Made by a program: the position numbers and the translations under genes
Shown: positions 1 through 9,317 of the stretch, piece after piece
Layout of the letters: the number at the start of each line of letters is the position of its first letter
How positions within the stretch are numbered: the stretch's first letter is position 1
IMG/VR virus record: IMGVR_UViG_3300005573_000063
Span: 1 to 64,000 of that record
DNA from: a virus
Length of the DNA stretch: 64,000 bases
Strand: one strand, 5' to 3'
The notes under the pieces: model-generated
Database searches by the model: none
Told to the model about the DNA's origin: nothing
What the model saw: only the letters and a program-made list of their open reading frames with translations

Positions 1-926
1 GAGCTTATCCACAATATGCAACAGGTGGAGGAGGAGGAGGTTCTAATCTGGCTCCTTCTGGAATCAGCCCTCAATATGGAGCAGTTGGTTTTAATGGTTA
101 TTGTCAAATTACATATCTTTCTCCTTCAGGAGCATCTACCACCCTATATCCTCCAAACCCAGCACAACAAACCTTTGTAGTTCCTCAAAAAGTTACTGAG
201 CTTACCATAGATATGGCAGGAGGAAGTGGCGGAATTATAGGAGGATCAACTGCATGGGATCCTGGTGGAGCTAAGGGAGGAAGAGTACAATTTACACTAG
301 CTGTTACTCCTTCTCAAGTATTAGAGTTAACAGTAGGACAAATGGGGACTAGCTCTGGTGATTTTAACAATGCAATATCTGGTGCGTCAGGGGGTCAATG
401 CAGTATTATCTCATCTAATGGTCAATATATCGCCATAGCCGGGGCTGGAGGTGGTGGAGGAGGATACATAGATGTAAATACGAGTCCTTATTTATTTATC
501 GGTATGAGTTACGGAGGAATAGGTGGGGGGACTCAGGGAGGATATGGGACATCTGAAAATGAAATAGACCTATTTAATAATGCACAATTCTCTTTTGGTA
601 CTGGGGCACCAGGAACACAAAATGCTGCCGGTACTGGAGGTCAGTGTTCGGGAGGATTAGGAATAGGTGGGAATGGTAATCAAATTACAGGTGGATATGG
701 AGGAAGTGGATATGCTGGAGGCTTCTATGGGTACGGTGGAGGGGGTGGAGGAGGCTGGTACGGAGGAGGCGGTGGAGGAGGCTATGCAGCATTTGCATCA
801 GAATCTACCTACTTCCAAGGAGGAGGTGGAGGAGGTGGGGGTTCTTCTTTAGTCCCGCCTGGAGGTACAACTACTGCAGGATATCAAAGTGGCAGTGGCT
901 ATATATCAATCTCATTTAGAATATAA
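1..926 (+). CDS. Glycine-rich virion/tail-associated protein (5' partial)
   Basis: The frame of the 213..926 ORF is open back to the window start (AYPQYATGGGGGSNL...); poly-Gly GGGGGG and GGYG repeats. Confidence 0.65.
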   Translation, partial: AYPQYATGGGGGGSNLAPSGISPQYGAVGFNGYCQITYLSPSGASTTLYPPNPAQQTFVVPQKVTELTIDMAGGSGGIIGGSTAWDPGGAKGGRVQFTLAVTPSQVLELTVGQMGTSSGDFNNAISGASGGQCSIISSNGQYIAIAGAGGGGGGYIDVNTSPYLFIGMSYGGIGGGTQGGYGTSENEIDLFNNAQFSFGTGAPGTQNAAGTGGQCSGGLGIGGNGNQITGGYGGSGYAGGFYGYGGGGGGGWYGGGGGGGYAAFASESTYFQGGGGGGGGSSLVPPGGTTTAGYQSGSGYISISFRI

Positions 927-938
927 GGAAAGAATGCA

Positions 939-1814
939 ATGGCTTTACCTAGACCAATTTCATTATATGCGTCAGAGCCAATAGGGGTAACTATATTTGA
1001 GAATGGTGTCTTAACTGATCCTGATAATCAGATTGTTACCCTATCTATTGAGAATACTCAGAGCAATCTAATTATTCTTCCTGTAGGGACTACAGCTACA
1101 AGGGAGAATGTAGGAACATATGCTTATCAACTTTTGCCAGAAAACACTTCCGTAGAAGGTCCATACACAGTAACTTGGGCGTGGACAATGAATGGCACCG
1201 CTAGATTTATAACAGATGAATATCAAGTTACACCCCAGATGAACTACTGGAATAACCTATTGCTAAATGAAAGACAGGCAGTAGTAGATGTGTATGGCCG
1301 AGTAGAAAACTCTTGGGATTCTTCTAATGGTGGACCTTATCTGGCCGAGCTTACGCAATCATCATTTAACGCATATGAAGTGATAGCTAGATTGTTTCAA
1401 ACAGAAGCAATAACATATTTCAACTTTGAATTTCAGCCACCTTTTGACCCTCCCTATGCAGTAGGGATGGGAGCTACAAACACAGTACCAACTCCCTGGT
1501 ATGGTCTAATTGAATGGGGAATCTATACAGCCCTTCTAAGGCATATCTCCAGGTCTTATATTGAAGAACCTAACCCTCAAAACATAAATGTCCCTCGACT
1601 AGATCGAAGGGACTACAGGGATAGGTGGCGCCAGGAATGGCAAGATGAGAAACTAATGTATGATAAGGCATTGCGTCAGTTCAAGAGAACCCAATTAGTA
1701 GGAAGTCATCGTAGCATGCTTGTGGCTGGTGGAATCATTCCTCGAATGTTAATTCAGCCTACGAGGCCGTCATATATCTATGCATCTTCCATGACTAACG
1801 GTGGTGGATTCTAG
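939..1814 (+). CDS. Hypothetical virion protein (possible head-tail adaptor, Ig-like N-terminus)
   Basis: 291 aa ORF with SD-like AAGGA; beta-rich N-terminus and helical C-terminus; function inferred from context only. Confidence 0.4.
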   Translation: MALPRPISLYASEPIGVTIFENGVLTDPDNQIVTLSIENTQSNLIILPVGTTATRENVGTYAYQLLPENTSVEGPYTVTWAWTMNGTARFITDEYQVTPQMNYWNNLLLNERQAVVDVYGRVENSWDSSNGGPYLAELTQSSFNAYEVIARLFQTEAITYFNFEFQPPFDPPYAVGMGATNTVPTPWYGLIEWGIYTALLRHISRSYIEEPNPQNINVPRLDRRDYRDRWRQEWQDEKLMYDKALRQFKRTQLVGSHRSMLVAGGIIPRMLIQPTRPSYIYASSMTNGGGF

Positions 1815-1820
1815 TCCCAC

Positions 1821-2357
1821 CTACTCAATGAACGAATAAGGTTCATCTACAGTTATACAATGGGTTGAAGCCGCTCCTAATGCTAGGGCGGCTTTTTCCT
1901 TTGGAGAAATAGAAGAATCTTTGCTACTAAACAAAGACCCTAACGCTATCTGACTTCCTGAGCCAATGGCTGTGTATTGATCGTATTCGATAAGAGCTAA
2001 ATTGCTATCTACCACAAATAAACGACTCTTTACTCCAATGAGTAATTCTCCCCCCATTCCTTCAATATCCTCTTTTTTTAGATAAAGATCATTAGTAAAG
2101 AGAGACTGAATAGATGAGGCGAATGTAGTTATGAGATATTCACAAATGGAATCATCGCTTCTTGGGAGTGAGGGAGGTTTCCAAATGTTCTGGAGAAGTT
2201 GCATTCTCCTTATGTCTCCGGCCCATCCAAACAAAAAAGTCTTATCTTTCCAGACTTTAGGTGTAGGACTTTTTTCCTTGGTAGTATCTGAGTACGCTCC
2301 TGAATCTCCTCCTAGGATAAGACTAGACCCTTCTTTTATACCGACTATACACGTCAT
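1821..2357 (-). CDS. HslV/proteasome beta-subunit-like Ntn hydrolase
   Basis: Starts M-T-C-I-V-G (N-terminal Thr nucleophile), then GGDS, a conserved Lys (KVW) and AIGSG. Confidence 0.75.
   Translation of the reverse strand: MTCIVGIKEGSSLILGGDSGAYSDTTKEKSPTPKVWKDKTFLFGWAGDIRRMQLLQNIWKPPSLPRSDDSICEYLITTFASSIQSLFTNDLYLKKEDIEGMGGELLIGVKSRLFVVDSNLALIEYDQYTAIGSGSQIALGSLFSSKDSSISPKEKAALALGAASTHCITVDEPYSFIE
1869..1897 (+). terminator. Putative intrinsic terminator
   Basis: GCCGCTCCTA-ATGC-TAGGGCGGC followed by TTTTT, about 55 nt after the stop of 939..1814. Confidence 0.5.
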
Positions 2358-2368
2358 TTATACTTCTT

Positions 2369-2566
2369 TCATTTTATTTTTTTTACGTTCTTTTCTAATT
2401 CCCAAGAAAATCCATGATCGTGAGATGAGGCACCCTTATTGAGAAGATGAGAGAACCTATGTATAGAAAAGTAATGTTTAGTATCTTGATAAGAACCGTC
2501 ATAACTTCCGTGATGAAACTCGTTGAGGTGTTTAATTACACCTATACCTTTCTTCGGTTTAACCAT
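2369..2566 (-). CDS. Six-His family small protein (member 1)
   Basis: HLNEFH...HRFSH...HDHGFSW. Confidence 0.75.
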   Translation of the reverse strand: MVKPKKGIGVIKHLNEFHHGSYDGSYQDTKHYFSIHRFSHLLNKGASSHDHGFSWELEKNVKKIK

Positions 2567-2756
2567 TTTTCTTCCAGTCTACTCCGTGATTATGAGGTTT
2601 CATTCCTTTAGTTTCGGCTCTATGCATGCGCCTATGGTGCTCGTAGTAACCTAGGGGGTCATAAAGTGAACCGTCAAGCTCCCTTTGGTGAGCTTCATTA
2701 AGGTGACGCACTACAGGACTATTCCTCCATGGAGAGTCTGGTTTCACCTCTCTCAT
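2559..2756 (-). CDS. Six-His family small protein (member 2)
   Basis: HLNEAH...HRRMH...HNHGVDW; start at 2756 overlaps the upstream stop (ATGA). Confidence 0.75.
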   Translation of the reverse strand: MREVKPDSPWRNSPVVRHLNEAHQRELDGSLYDPLGYYEHHRRMHRAETKGMKPHNHGVDWKKNG

Positions 2757-2986
2757 GGATAACTCCAGTATTTTACACCATGATTGTGAGGAACGCAATC
2801 CCTTACTAATCCTCTATCAAATCCCCACAACCCCTTCGGAGGAGGAAAACCCAACCCTATATTCGGCATATATTTCTTATCGTGATATTGTATATGGTAA
2901 TTGAGATACCATAGAGTGTTTTTATCCCCTGCTAGTATACCTCCGTGATGAGTGACCAGATGATCCAATAGCGCATTCTTACTCAT
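2753..2986 (-). CDS. Six-His family small protein (member 3)
   Basis: MSKNALLDHLVTHH...HIQYH...HNHGVKYW; start reassigned to ATG 2986. Confidence 0.75.
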   Translation of the reverse strand: MSKNALLDHLVTHHGGILAGDKNTLWYLNYHIQYHDKKYMPNIGLGFPPPKGLWGFDRGLVRDCVPHNHGVKYWSYP

Positions 2987-2988
2987 TC

Positions 2989-3168
2989 TTATTGCTTCGA
3001 GTCCGGAACTTCGGAGACGCCAATAAAGAGTAAGACCATAAGAATAATGATTGCGATGGCACTTAAAACAACGCCAAATCCTGAGGAAAAGGTTGCTCCC
3101 CAAATAGCGATAAAGATAGCGACCCACAAAATGCGAAGTTGAGATTCCTTGCTTACGTAGGCATACAT
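2989..3168 (-). CDS. Small membrane protein (59 aa, not in ORF track)
   Basis: MYAYVSKESQLRILWVAIFIAIWGATFSSGFGVVLSAIAIIILMVLLFIGVSEVPDSKQ; two hydrophobic segments; fills the gap between neighbours. Confidence 0.6.
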   Translation of the reverse strand: MYAYVSKESQLRILWVAIFIAIWGATFSSGFGVVLSAIAIIILMVLLFIGVSEVPDSKQ

Positions 3169-3171
3169 TTT

Positions 3172-3393
3172 TTACTTCTCCTTGAGAGAGATATGAATAT
3201 GGTCGATAATGTCGGAGTTTGATCTAGTTGTCTTTATCGGAAGATGAGAAAAATCACCGTAATGGAGTGCTCTATGCTCTGTATAGTAGAAGAAAAGTTC
3301 TGAAGTTCCTTCGTAGTGATTAGCAGGGGAGTGATATTGGTTCAAGTGTTTCCACACACTACTCCCCTTCCCTAGCCTTCCACTCATTCCCAC
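3172..3393 (-). CDS. Six-His family small protein (member 4)
   Basis: HLNQYH...HRALH...HIH. Confidence 0.7.
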   Translation of the reverse strand: MGMSGRLGKGSSVWKHLNQYHSPANHYEGTSELFFYYTEHRALHYGDFSHLPIKTTRSNSDIIDHIHISLKEK

Positions 3394-4277
3394 TACTCCC
3401 CTTCCATCTCTCCATAAGAAATTCCCTGGATAAGGTCAGCAGCCTTTTGAGCCAAACCAGCAGCCTTCACCACAAGCTTCTGATCCCCCTTCAGAGCCTT
3501 CAACCAGCTTCCAATATAGGCTGCAGAGTTCTCCACGTTCCAATTAATTCCTGCGACCCCACAGAGCATTGCAGCTCCCATCTCAGCTACCAATTCCTCC
3601 GCAGAGTAAAGCTCATCTCCGAACTTGTGGTTCTCTACAACTCCTTCTCGATTAAGACGAGAAGAATGTCCAGTAGAGTGAGTCATCTCGTGGAAGAGAG
3701 TTCCATAGTAGCTCTCTGTGTTATGAAAGCTAGTACGCACCGGCATCGTAATGCAATCCCTAGATGGGCTATAGGACGCCTCTGTACCCTCCTTAACAAT
3801 CTCTGGATGATTCTTTGAAGAGAGATAGGTCCTCACAATTTCTTGAGCACCCTCGTGAGGAGTCAATTTTGACTCACCCTTAATAGCAGGCACCTCTAGC
3901 TCGTCGCACTGGCTAGCGTTAAAGACGTTGAAGTAGCGCAGCATCATAAAAGAATTGTTTTTGATTGAACCATCATCTCGAACTTCTTCTTTCTCCAGGC
4001 GCTTCCAAAAGATGACCAGAGTAGACTTCTCACCCTTGCGCACCTGACCCCCACGAGCCTCTATCTGCTTGTAGGTCCCCCACCACGGGGACGAGTAGCC
4101 ATTGATCTGAGCTGAGAGCCCAAGAAGGAAGATATTCAGACCACGATATGCCTTCTTCGTGGACAGGGAACGGGGCAGCCCCACTTCGGGATTCCATGGC
4201 TTCTGCCAGGGAACGACACCCTGATTTAGGGACTCGATAATCTTGTCTGTCACAATTTGGTAGATGTCTAGTGCCAC
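3393..4277 (-). CDS. ardC: ArdC-like antirestriction protein (ssDNA-binding plus zincin-like domain)
   Basis: VPWQKPW, YRGLN, WGTYKQ, VRKGEKS, HEMTHSTGH and YSAEELVAE motifs; GTG start after AAGGAGG. Confidence 0.85.
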   Translation of the reverse strand: MALDIYQIVTDKIIESLNQGVVPWQKPWNPEVGLPRSLSTKKAYRGLNIFLLGLSAQINGYSSPWWGTYKQIEARGGQVRKGEKSTLVIFWKRLEKEEVRDDGSIKNNSFMMLRYFNVFNASQCDELEVPAIKGESKLTPHEGAQEIVRTYLSSKNHPEIVKEGTEASYSPSRDCITMPVRTSFHNTESYYGTLFHEMTHSTGHSSRLNREGVVENHKFGDELYSAEELVAEMGAAMLCGVAGINWNVENSAAYIGSWLKALKGDQKLVVKAAGLAQKAADLIQGISYGEMEGE

Positions 4278-4308
4278 GGTGATCCTCCTTGGTCGCTCCA
4301 ATACAAGT

Positions 4309-4337
4309 AGCTTACTACTCCTTCCCTACTGCGTCAA
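4309..4337 (-). promoter_or_regulatory. sigma70/SigA-type promoter
   Basis: TTGACG-N17-TAAGCT upstream of ardC. Confidence 0.6.
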
Positions 4338-4648
4338 GAGGGAATATCAAAGATATCTTTCCTGATCGCTGACCAGAATGGCTCCTGGACCTCATCAACT
4401 TTTTGACCTGTTGTCAACTCTAACTGACGCTTTTCGAAGTCTAGCTGCTCTCGAAGCAATTCATCATGATTACGAGCTTGCTCTACCATTATACGCTTAG
4501 TTACCTCTTCATTGTGCGCTATTTCTACTTTTGAATTAGCCTCGACTATGCGTCGATGTTCAACCATTTTAACACCTATCAGAATAGGTACTGAGATAAG
4601 TAGGCTTACTACTATTAGGGTAAGTGCCCAAATTAAAGCGATTTCCAC
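4334..4648 (-). CDS. Membrane-anchored coiled-coil protein
   Basis: N-terminal TM segment, then a charged helix. Confidence 0.55.
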   Translation of the reverse strand: MEIALIWALTLIVVSLLISVPILIGVKMVEHRRIVEANSKVEIAHNEEVTKRIMVEQARNHDELLREQLDFEKRQLELTTGQKVDEVQEPFWSAIRKDIFDIPS

Positions 4649-4938
4649 TACCTCTCCTTTTCTCCATACTTATCAATCAAATGGGCAAACATATCTAGCA
4701 AATAAAGGCTCAATTTTCTTAGAGTAAGTTTGTGGCATAAAACCATAAAAGTATATACTAAGACTGTAATCGGCCAGAAGAGTCCTGCGACAAACCAGAA
4801 CCCGCCATCATCTTGAAAATCTATGGATGATTTTCTTAAGATTTTTTCTTTGTAGACCGTAGCAATTCCGATAAGAGCAACAAAATATCCGATAATTATG
4901 TATAGAATTATTCCCAATACTATAGGTATTGCAGTCAT
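4648..4938 (-). CDS. Small membrane protein (FWP motif)
   Basis: Two hydrophobic segments; AGLFWPITV. Confidence 0.55.
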   Translation of the reverse strand: MTAIPIVLGIILYIIIGYFVALIGIATVYKEKILRKSSIDFQDDGGFWFVAGLFWPITVLVYTFMVLCHKLTLRKLSLYLLDMFAHLIDKYGEKER

Positions 4939-5285
4939 TACTTTTCCTTTCGATTTTCGAAGAATTTATCAATGAATTCCACCATATAGTGAATGAATTT
5001 ATTGTAATTCCCAATTTTTTTGAATAGTCTACCTATCAGGATCACGAGAAAACCACCGACAATCATCCCCACACAAAGCGGAGGCCAAAATATTGATACA
5101 AGCAGTACGGTCCACCACCCATTGAGCAGGTCACTTCGAGGATGAACAGGAGTTCTAAAGTTACCTTTTAGGACTGTCTTCCATTTATCTTTTCCCCACC
5201 AACCTAGTTTGGTAGTAATTAATGCGATTATAAATCCCAGGACAGAATACACGAATATACTAAGAATTATCGCTAGAGATAGCAT
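4938..5285 (-). CDS. Small membrane protein (FWP motif), likely paralog of 4648..4938
   Basis: Two hydrophobic segments; VSIFWPPLCV. Confidence 0.55.
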   Translation of the reverse strand: MLSLAIILSIFVYSVLGFIIALITTKLGWWGKDKWKTVLKGNFRTPVHPRSDLLNGWWTVLLVSIFWPPLCVGMIVGGFLVILIGRLFKKIGNYNKFIHYMVEFIDKFFENRKEK

Positions 5286-5413
5286 CTGACTTCCATTCTT
5301 GTCTAATGTATTGTATCAATTGAAGGACCACTATAGACACTCCTCCAGCCGTGTGCAGCATGCCTTGATTCGTGAGCCTCTCTATTCTATCCAGATATTC
5401 TGGTGTGATATTT

Positions 5414-5614
5414 CTATTTTTGGTCATTAGACCATTCCTTTACTCCATGGTCGTGAAGATTCGTCTTATCTTTTAGTCGGGCAACTCGCCGGTCATATGA
5501 ATCCCTATGATAACACATATGTGTGAAATAAGGATTGGTCATAAATATGACTGAATCAAGTGGAATCTCATGCCTTTTCCCTAAGTGAATGTATATTCCT
5601 TCAGCGTAACTCAC
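5414..5614 (-). CDS. Six-His family small protein (member 5)
   Basis: HLGKRH...HMCYH...HDHGVKEW. Confidence 0.75.
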   Translation of the reverse strand: MSYAEGIYIHLGKRHEIPLDSVIFMTNPYFTHMCYHRDSYDRRVARLKDKTNLHDHGVKEWSNDQK

Positions 5615-5762
5615 TTGCTATTCCTCCTCCGACGCCTAATCAGAATAGGAGCCACCTTTTCATGCCACAGGAGAGCGGCTGCCCACAGAAACAACCCACA
5701 GGCAAAGATTAAGAACACCCATTCTGGAATGTTTAGGGACCTCTCAAGAGCAAACACCATAT

Positions 5763-6629
5763 CTACTTCTCCTCTCCATTTTCTGCCCGGTGACTGATAG
5801 AAGCCTGCGAGGGAACGGACCAGAATCCGAAAGCCTCGTCATCCTTACTCCTGGTAAGGTTACCAGTAAGGCGCACGAAGTCTCCCACCTTCACCTCATC
5901 CCGGAGGAGAGAAGCAGGTGCGGTGCCGTAGAGCTTGACCACAGTACCATCTGCACGGTTCACTTTCAAGAGCATCTTGGTCTGCCACCCAAAGTCACCT
6001 TTCACATGCTTGAGGGAAAGGACCAGACCGTGAAAGCGCAATTTCGAGCCCTCTGGCACCACACCCTTAATCTCCAAAGCCTCTGCAGCCTCACGCTCAG
6101 CCCTTAGGCGAGCCTTCTCGGGAATCTCTCGTGCCACCTTCAGAGCCTTCTCAACCTGTCCAGGAAAGAGACTCCCGTAGGTGTAAAGGTTGCGCTCCAG
6201 CTTCTTGAACCACTCTACGTTGTAGGTTGCGCCCACCTGAAAAATCTCCTCCAGGTCTGGATTAGCTGCACGAAACGCTGCAGCAGCCTCCTTAATTTTC
6301 TGAGCCTTACGGTCCAACTCAGCAGCTTTACGTAGGCGCTGAAAGTCAATCGTAGCCTGCGAGAATCGGTTGTCCAGGCAAGTCTCTCCGACTGCTAGAT
6401 GGTCACCACTAGGAATGTGCTTCAGAACTGCCACATACTTGAGGTGTGCGCCACAGTGGTCGCACTGGCTGCCGGAGTGATAAGCCGTACCAGTGCTCGA
6501 CACAACGAGCTTGAGTAGCTCCTTGGACCAATCAGAGAACATGCTTCCAGGCCCGTGATAGAAAGACCCAACATACTCGTAATTCTCAGTAACCAAGCGG
6601 ACTGGGCGGTGCTGGTCTGTGCGTGGCAT
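5763..6629 (-). CDS. Hypothetical protein with CxxC site and C-terminal OB-like region
   Basis: CDHCG...VGETC; GC-richer codons; SD AAGGAG. Confidence 0.55.
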   Translation of the reverse strand: MPRTDQHRPVRLVTENYEYVGSFYHGPGSMFSDWSKELLKLVVSSTGTAYHSGSQCDHCGAHLKYVAVLKHIPSGDHLAVGETCLDNRFSQATIDFQRLRKAAELDRKAQKIKEAAAAFRAANPDLEEIFQVGATYNVEWFKKLERNLYTYGSLFPGQVEKALKVAREIPEKARLRAEREAAEALEIKGVVPEGSKLRFHGLVLSLKHVKGDFGWQTKMLLKVNRADGTVVKLYGTAPASLLRDEVKVGDFVRLTGNLTRSKDDEAFGFWSVPSQASISHRAENGEEK

Positions 6630-6659
6630 CTGCTCTCCTTGGCTCGTTCCGATAACACA

Positions 6660-6688
6660 AGTATACCCCAGGTAAGAAGACTATGCAA
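6660..6688 (-). promoter_or_regulatory. sigma70/SigA-type promoter
   Basis: TTGCAT-N17-TATACT. Confidence 0.55.
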
Positions 6689-6712
6689 GTCCTCTCACCT
6701 GGGGTTTTGTAA

Positions 6713-7216
6713 TTAAATCTTGAATGTCTTAGCGCAAACGGGGCCGATGGCAGCCATGACCGACTTGGCTGCAACCAGCTTACGAGAGCAGCGTACACAC
6801 TGTCCGAAGCGCAAGGTGAAGGTCTTAGCCTGTTCCAGGGTCAACCTGTACTCTTCTTTGACCTGACTCTTAAGAGCAGGGCTGTAAGTCCACTGACCAT
6901 GCACAACATCCGAATTCAGGTTCAGACGCTCGCCGTTGATCGACTCCCACACCAGAGCGTATTCACTCGTCTTAGCCTTGTTGGCCTGCACCTTGACTAG
7001 GGAATTGTCCGGAAGAAGGTAGACCCCGACCAGCGAATTAGGTGCGGAGACTTGCTTCTTTGGGCACTCTAGAAGAGACTCGATCAGGTTAGAAGCAGCT
7101 TGACGAGAGAGGGCGCTCACATTCAGGTCCGAACGATTAAATTCCCGAGTTGCAAGAAGAGACTTAATGAAGTCAATTTGCTTAGGAGTTGCGTTCGTGA
7201 TGGGAGTGGAAGTCAT
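6713..7216 (-). CDS. DUF6011-like Zn-ribbon protein
   Basis: C-terminal CVRCSRKL...SVMAAIGPVCAK; N-terminal ATPKQIDFIKSL motif; SD AGGAGG. Confidence 0.65.
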   Translation of the reverse strand: MTSTPITNATPKQIDFIKSLLATREFNRSDLNVSALSRQAASNLIESLLECPKKQVSAPNSLVGVYLLPDNSLVKVQANKAKTSEYALVWESINGERLNLNSDVVHGQWTYSPALKSQVKEEYRLTLEQAKTFTLRFGQCVRCSRKLVAAKSVMAAIGPVCAKTFKI

Positions 7217-7247
7217 TTTTTTCCTCCTGGTCGCTGTTCCTATCTTA

Positions 7248-7276
7248 ATTGTACATAGGCTCGGGGGACTTGTCAA
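7248..7276 (-). promoter_or_regulatory. sigma70/SigA-type promoter
   Basis: TTGACA-N17-TACAAT. Confidence 0.7.
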
Positions 7277-7357
7277 GAAGAAATTTCAACTTATTTAGGG
7301 GCACCTCTCGGTCGTCTGTAGCCCCTGTTGAGCAGCAGCCCTTCGACTGATGCCCAC

Positions 7358-7386
7358 AGGTTAGCACTCCTTTCCTACTCTGTCAA
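7358..7386 (-). promoter_or_regulatory. sigma70/SigA-type promoter preceding a short hairpin RNA
   Basis: TTGACA-N17-TAACCT with TG extension. Confidence 0.55.
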
Positions 7387-7387
7387 C

Positions 7388-8035
7388 TTACAGGTGCCAC
7401 GTAGCTCGTACTGTATTCGATCCCGGTGCCACCACAGTGTATCCTGCATCTGTTATATTCACGTTAGGTCTTATGTTCAGATAAGAAAAATCTCCCTCAT
7501 TCCAGGACAATGTGCTTAAAAAGTCTCTCCCTTCCCAAATTTGTCTCTCTGTTTTAGTTGCTTGTTTGTAAGCTACATGCATCACATGCGCTACTTGTAC
7601 CATCGCCTTTCCTGGGTGATCTTCCAATTTCAACGAGGGATTAATCGTCATAAAAAATCCCTCAGCTGGTGTGGAGTCTGAACCATTCCAAGGAAGGGTC
7701 CAATTAGTCATCTGAAGCTTTAACACCTCCTTAGGAACCTCGGACATTCTTTGAGGAAGAGATGCCAACACAATAGCTTCTCCATAAGAAGCAACCACAG
7801 TATTTGGCAACCCCTCAACTTCTGTCCATTCCACAGGCTTAGCTCTTCGAACAATCTTCCTGATAGGTTGATTATGCCATTCTTTTATGGCTGGGTTGTC
7901 TAGACCGTATTCTTTTAATACCTCCAGACACCCTCTTCCCGCAGCTATACAAGCATCATTAAGATGCGGTAAATCTTCTTTCTCATAAAGGAGAATTATT
8001 TGCATAGCCATTGGGTCTGGAACTTCTTTATACAT
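7388..8035 (-). CDS. Peptidyl-tRNA hydrolase, Pth2-like (actinobacterial type)
   Basis: IRKIVRRA, GKAMVQVAH and ITDAGYTVVAPGSNT motifs. Confidence 0.75.
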   Translation of the reverse strand: MYKEVPDPMAMQIILLYEKEDLPHLNDACIAAGRGCLEVLKEYGLDNPAIKEWHNQPIRKIVRRAKPVEWTEVEGLPNTVVASYGEAIVLASLPQRMSEVPKEVLKLQMTNWTLPWNGSDSTPAEGFFMTINPSLKLEDHPGKAMVQVAHVMHVAYKQATKTERQIWEGRDFLSTLSWNEGDFSYLNIRPNVNITDAGYTVVAPGSNTVRATWHL

Positions 8036-8459
8036 TCAGCTCCTTACCATCATCTATGAAGCGGGTGCAACTATCTGCCCATGCAGCAGCCATAGCAGCT
8101 ACTTGAACTAATTCATCCCGCAGATGTTCTACGGACTCACTATCGCATATTTCCCGAGCTACTTCTCCCACCTCTTCTGTAAGAATTGGGAGCCATTCGC
8201 TATCAAAAAAATTTCGAGTTTCTACGCTTTTTCCGTTAGCTACATGCTTTACATGAGCCCTTTCTCTTTCAGCCCTTATCGCCTCGTATACATTCCACCT
8301 ACTAGAAGTTGGGGGCTCCTCCTCTTTAGGAGTCTCTTTAAGGACTGAATTCTTAGAAAGAGGATATCCCAATCTACGCTCAACGTAATGAGTTAGATTC
8401 TCGATTTCCTGTTCCAATTCCTTCTTGAGTTGATCTAGGAACGTGTCGCTTGCTGTCAT
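8028..8459 (-). CDS. MazG-like nucleotide pyrophosphohydrolase
   Basis: LTEEVGEVARE...LRDELVQVAA. Confidence 0.75.
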   Translation of the reverse strand: MTASDTFLDQLKKELEQEIENLTHYVERRLGYPLSKNSVLKETPKEEEPPTSSRWNVYEAIRAERERAHVKHVANGKSVETRNFFDSEWLPILTEEVGEVAREICDSESVEHLRDELVQVAAMAAAWADSCTRFIDDGKELNV

Positions 8460-9289
8460 TTAGAATTACCTTTCTTTTGGTATATTTCGTTACTCATATA
8501 ACTTCGGAACTGCTCCCACCCATCAAAATTTCCAAAAGGATAAAGAGTAGACCCTAAAGGTCTAGCAATATGCTCTAATGGACTAAGGTGTGGTGGTTGA
8601 GCACTTATGAGCTTTTCAAATAATTGAATGTCTTTTCCTAAGTCTCTCCTTCCATCATGCGTTAGATAGCTAACCCTAGCACACCGGGCAGCACTAATAT
8701 AGCCCAACTCAAACTTAGATGCAGCTTCCTCTCGATCCTTTTGTGTAATATAAGGAAGATGCCATCCTCCATAAAGAACCGGAGAAGGCTTAGAATGATC
8801 TAATGCATTCTGCATGCTATCAGCTAACAGTCTCATTTCGGGTTGAGCTAGCGGAGAATTTCTTTGAGTGAGAAAATTACTCCATTCTGTACTCGATACA
8901 ATAACTGTCTGCCACATAAAAGGCTCTAAAATTCTATTGATAATAGACTTATGGACTCCGAGCTTCGATAGGCGTTCAGCTTGTTCTATTGCAGATTCTA
9001 GCGCTTCTTCCCACGCAGACTGACATGCGAGGATTTTCTCCAGACTTAGGACATCTCCTCCGCTCATTCCTGACTTTTCACTTCTCCATTCTGCCGGAAT
9101 AGCAGGATTCTTAATTATTTTCTCAATTTGTTTTTCTACAGGAATAGCTCTTGAGCTAGCGCTATTCCTACTGAATTTACGGTGCGTATTAAACTCCGGA
9201 AGAATGAACCTATGCATTGTAACTTCTAGAGTTGTAAGACGCACTCCAATAGGAGATAAAGAGTCTTCAATAATTTTTGCAGTAATCAT
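8456..9289 (-). CDS. thyX: FAD-dependent thymidylate synthase
   Basis: EFNTHRKFSRNSASSRAIP, HKSIINRILEPF, SAARCARVSY, HLSPLEH. Confidence 0.9.
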   Translation of the reverse strand: MITAKIIEDSLSPIGVRLTTLEVTMHRFILPEFNTHRKFSRNSASSRAIPVEKQIEKIIKNPAIPAEWRSEKSGMSGGDVLSLEKILACQSAWEEALESAIEQAERLSKLGVHKSIINRILEPFMWQTVIVSSTEWSNFLTQRNSPLAQPEMRLLADSMQNALDHSKPSPVLYGGWHLPYITQKDREEAASKFELGYISAARCARVSYLTHDGRRDLGKDIQLFEKLISAQPPHLSPLEHIARPLGSTLYPFGNFDGWEQFRSYMSNEIYQKKGNSK

Positions 9290-9317
9290 TAACTATTAGC
9301 CGTTCTTAATGCTTGTT

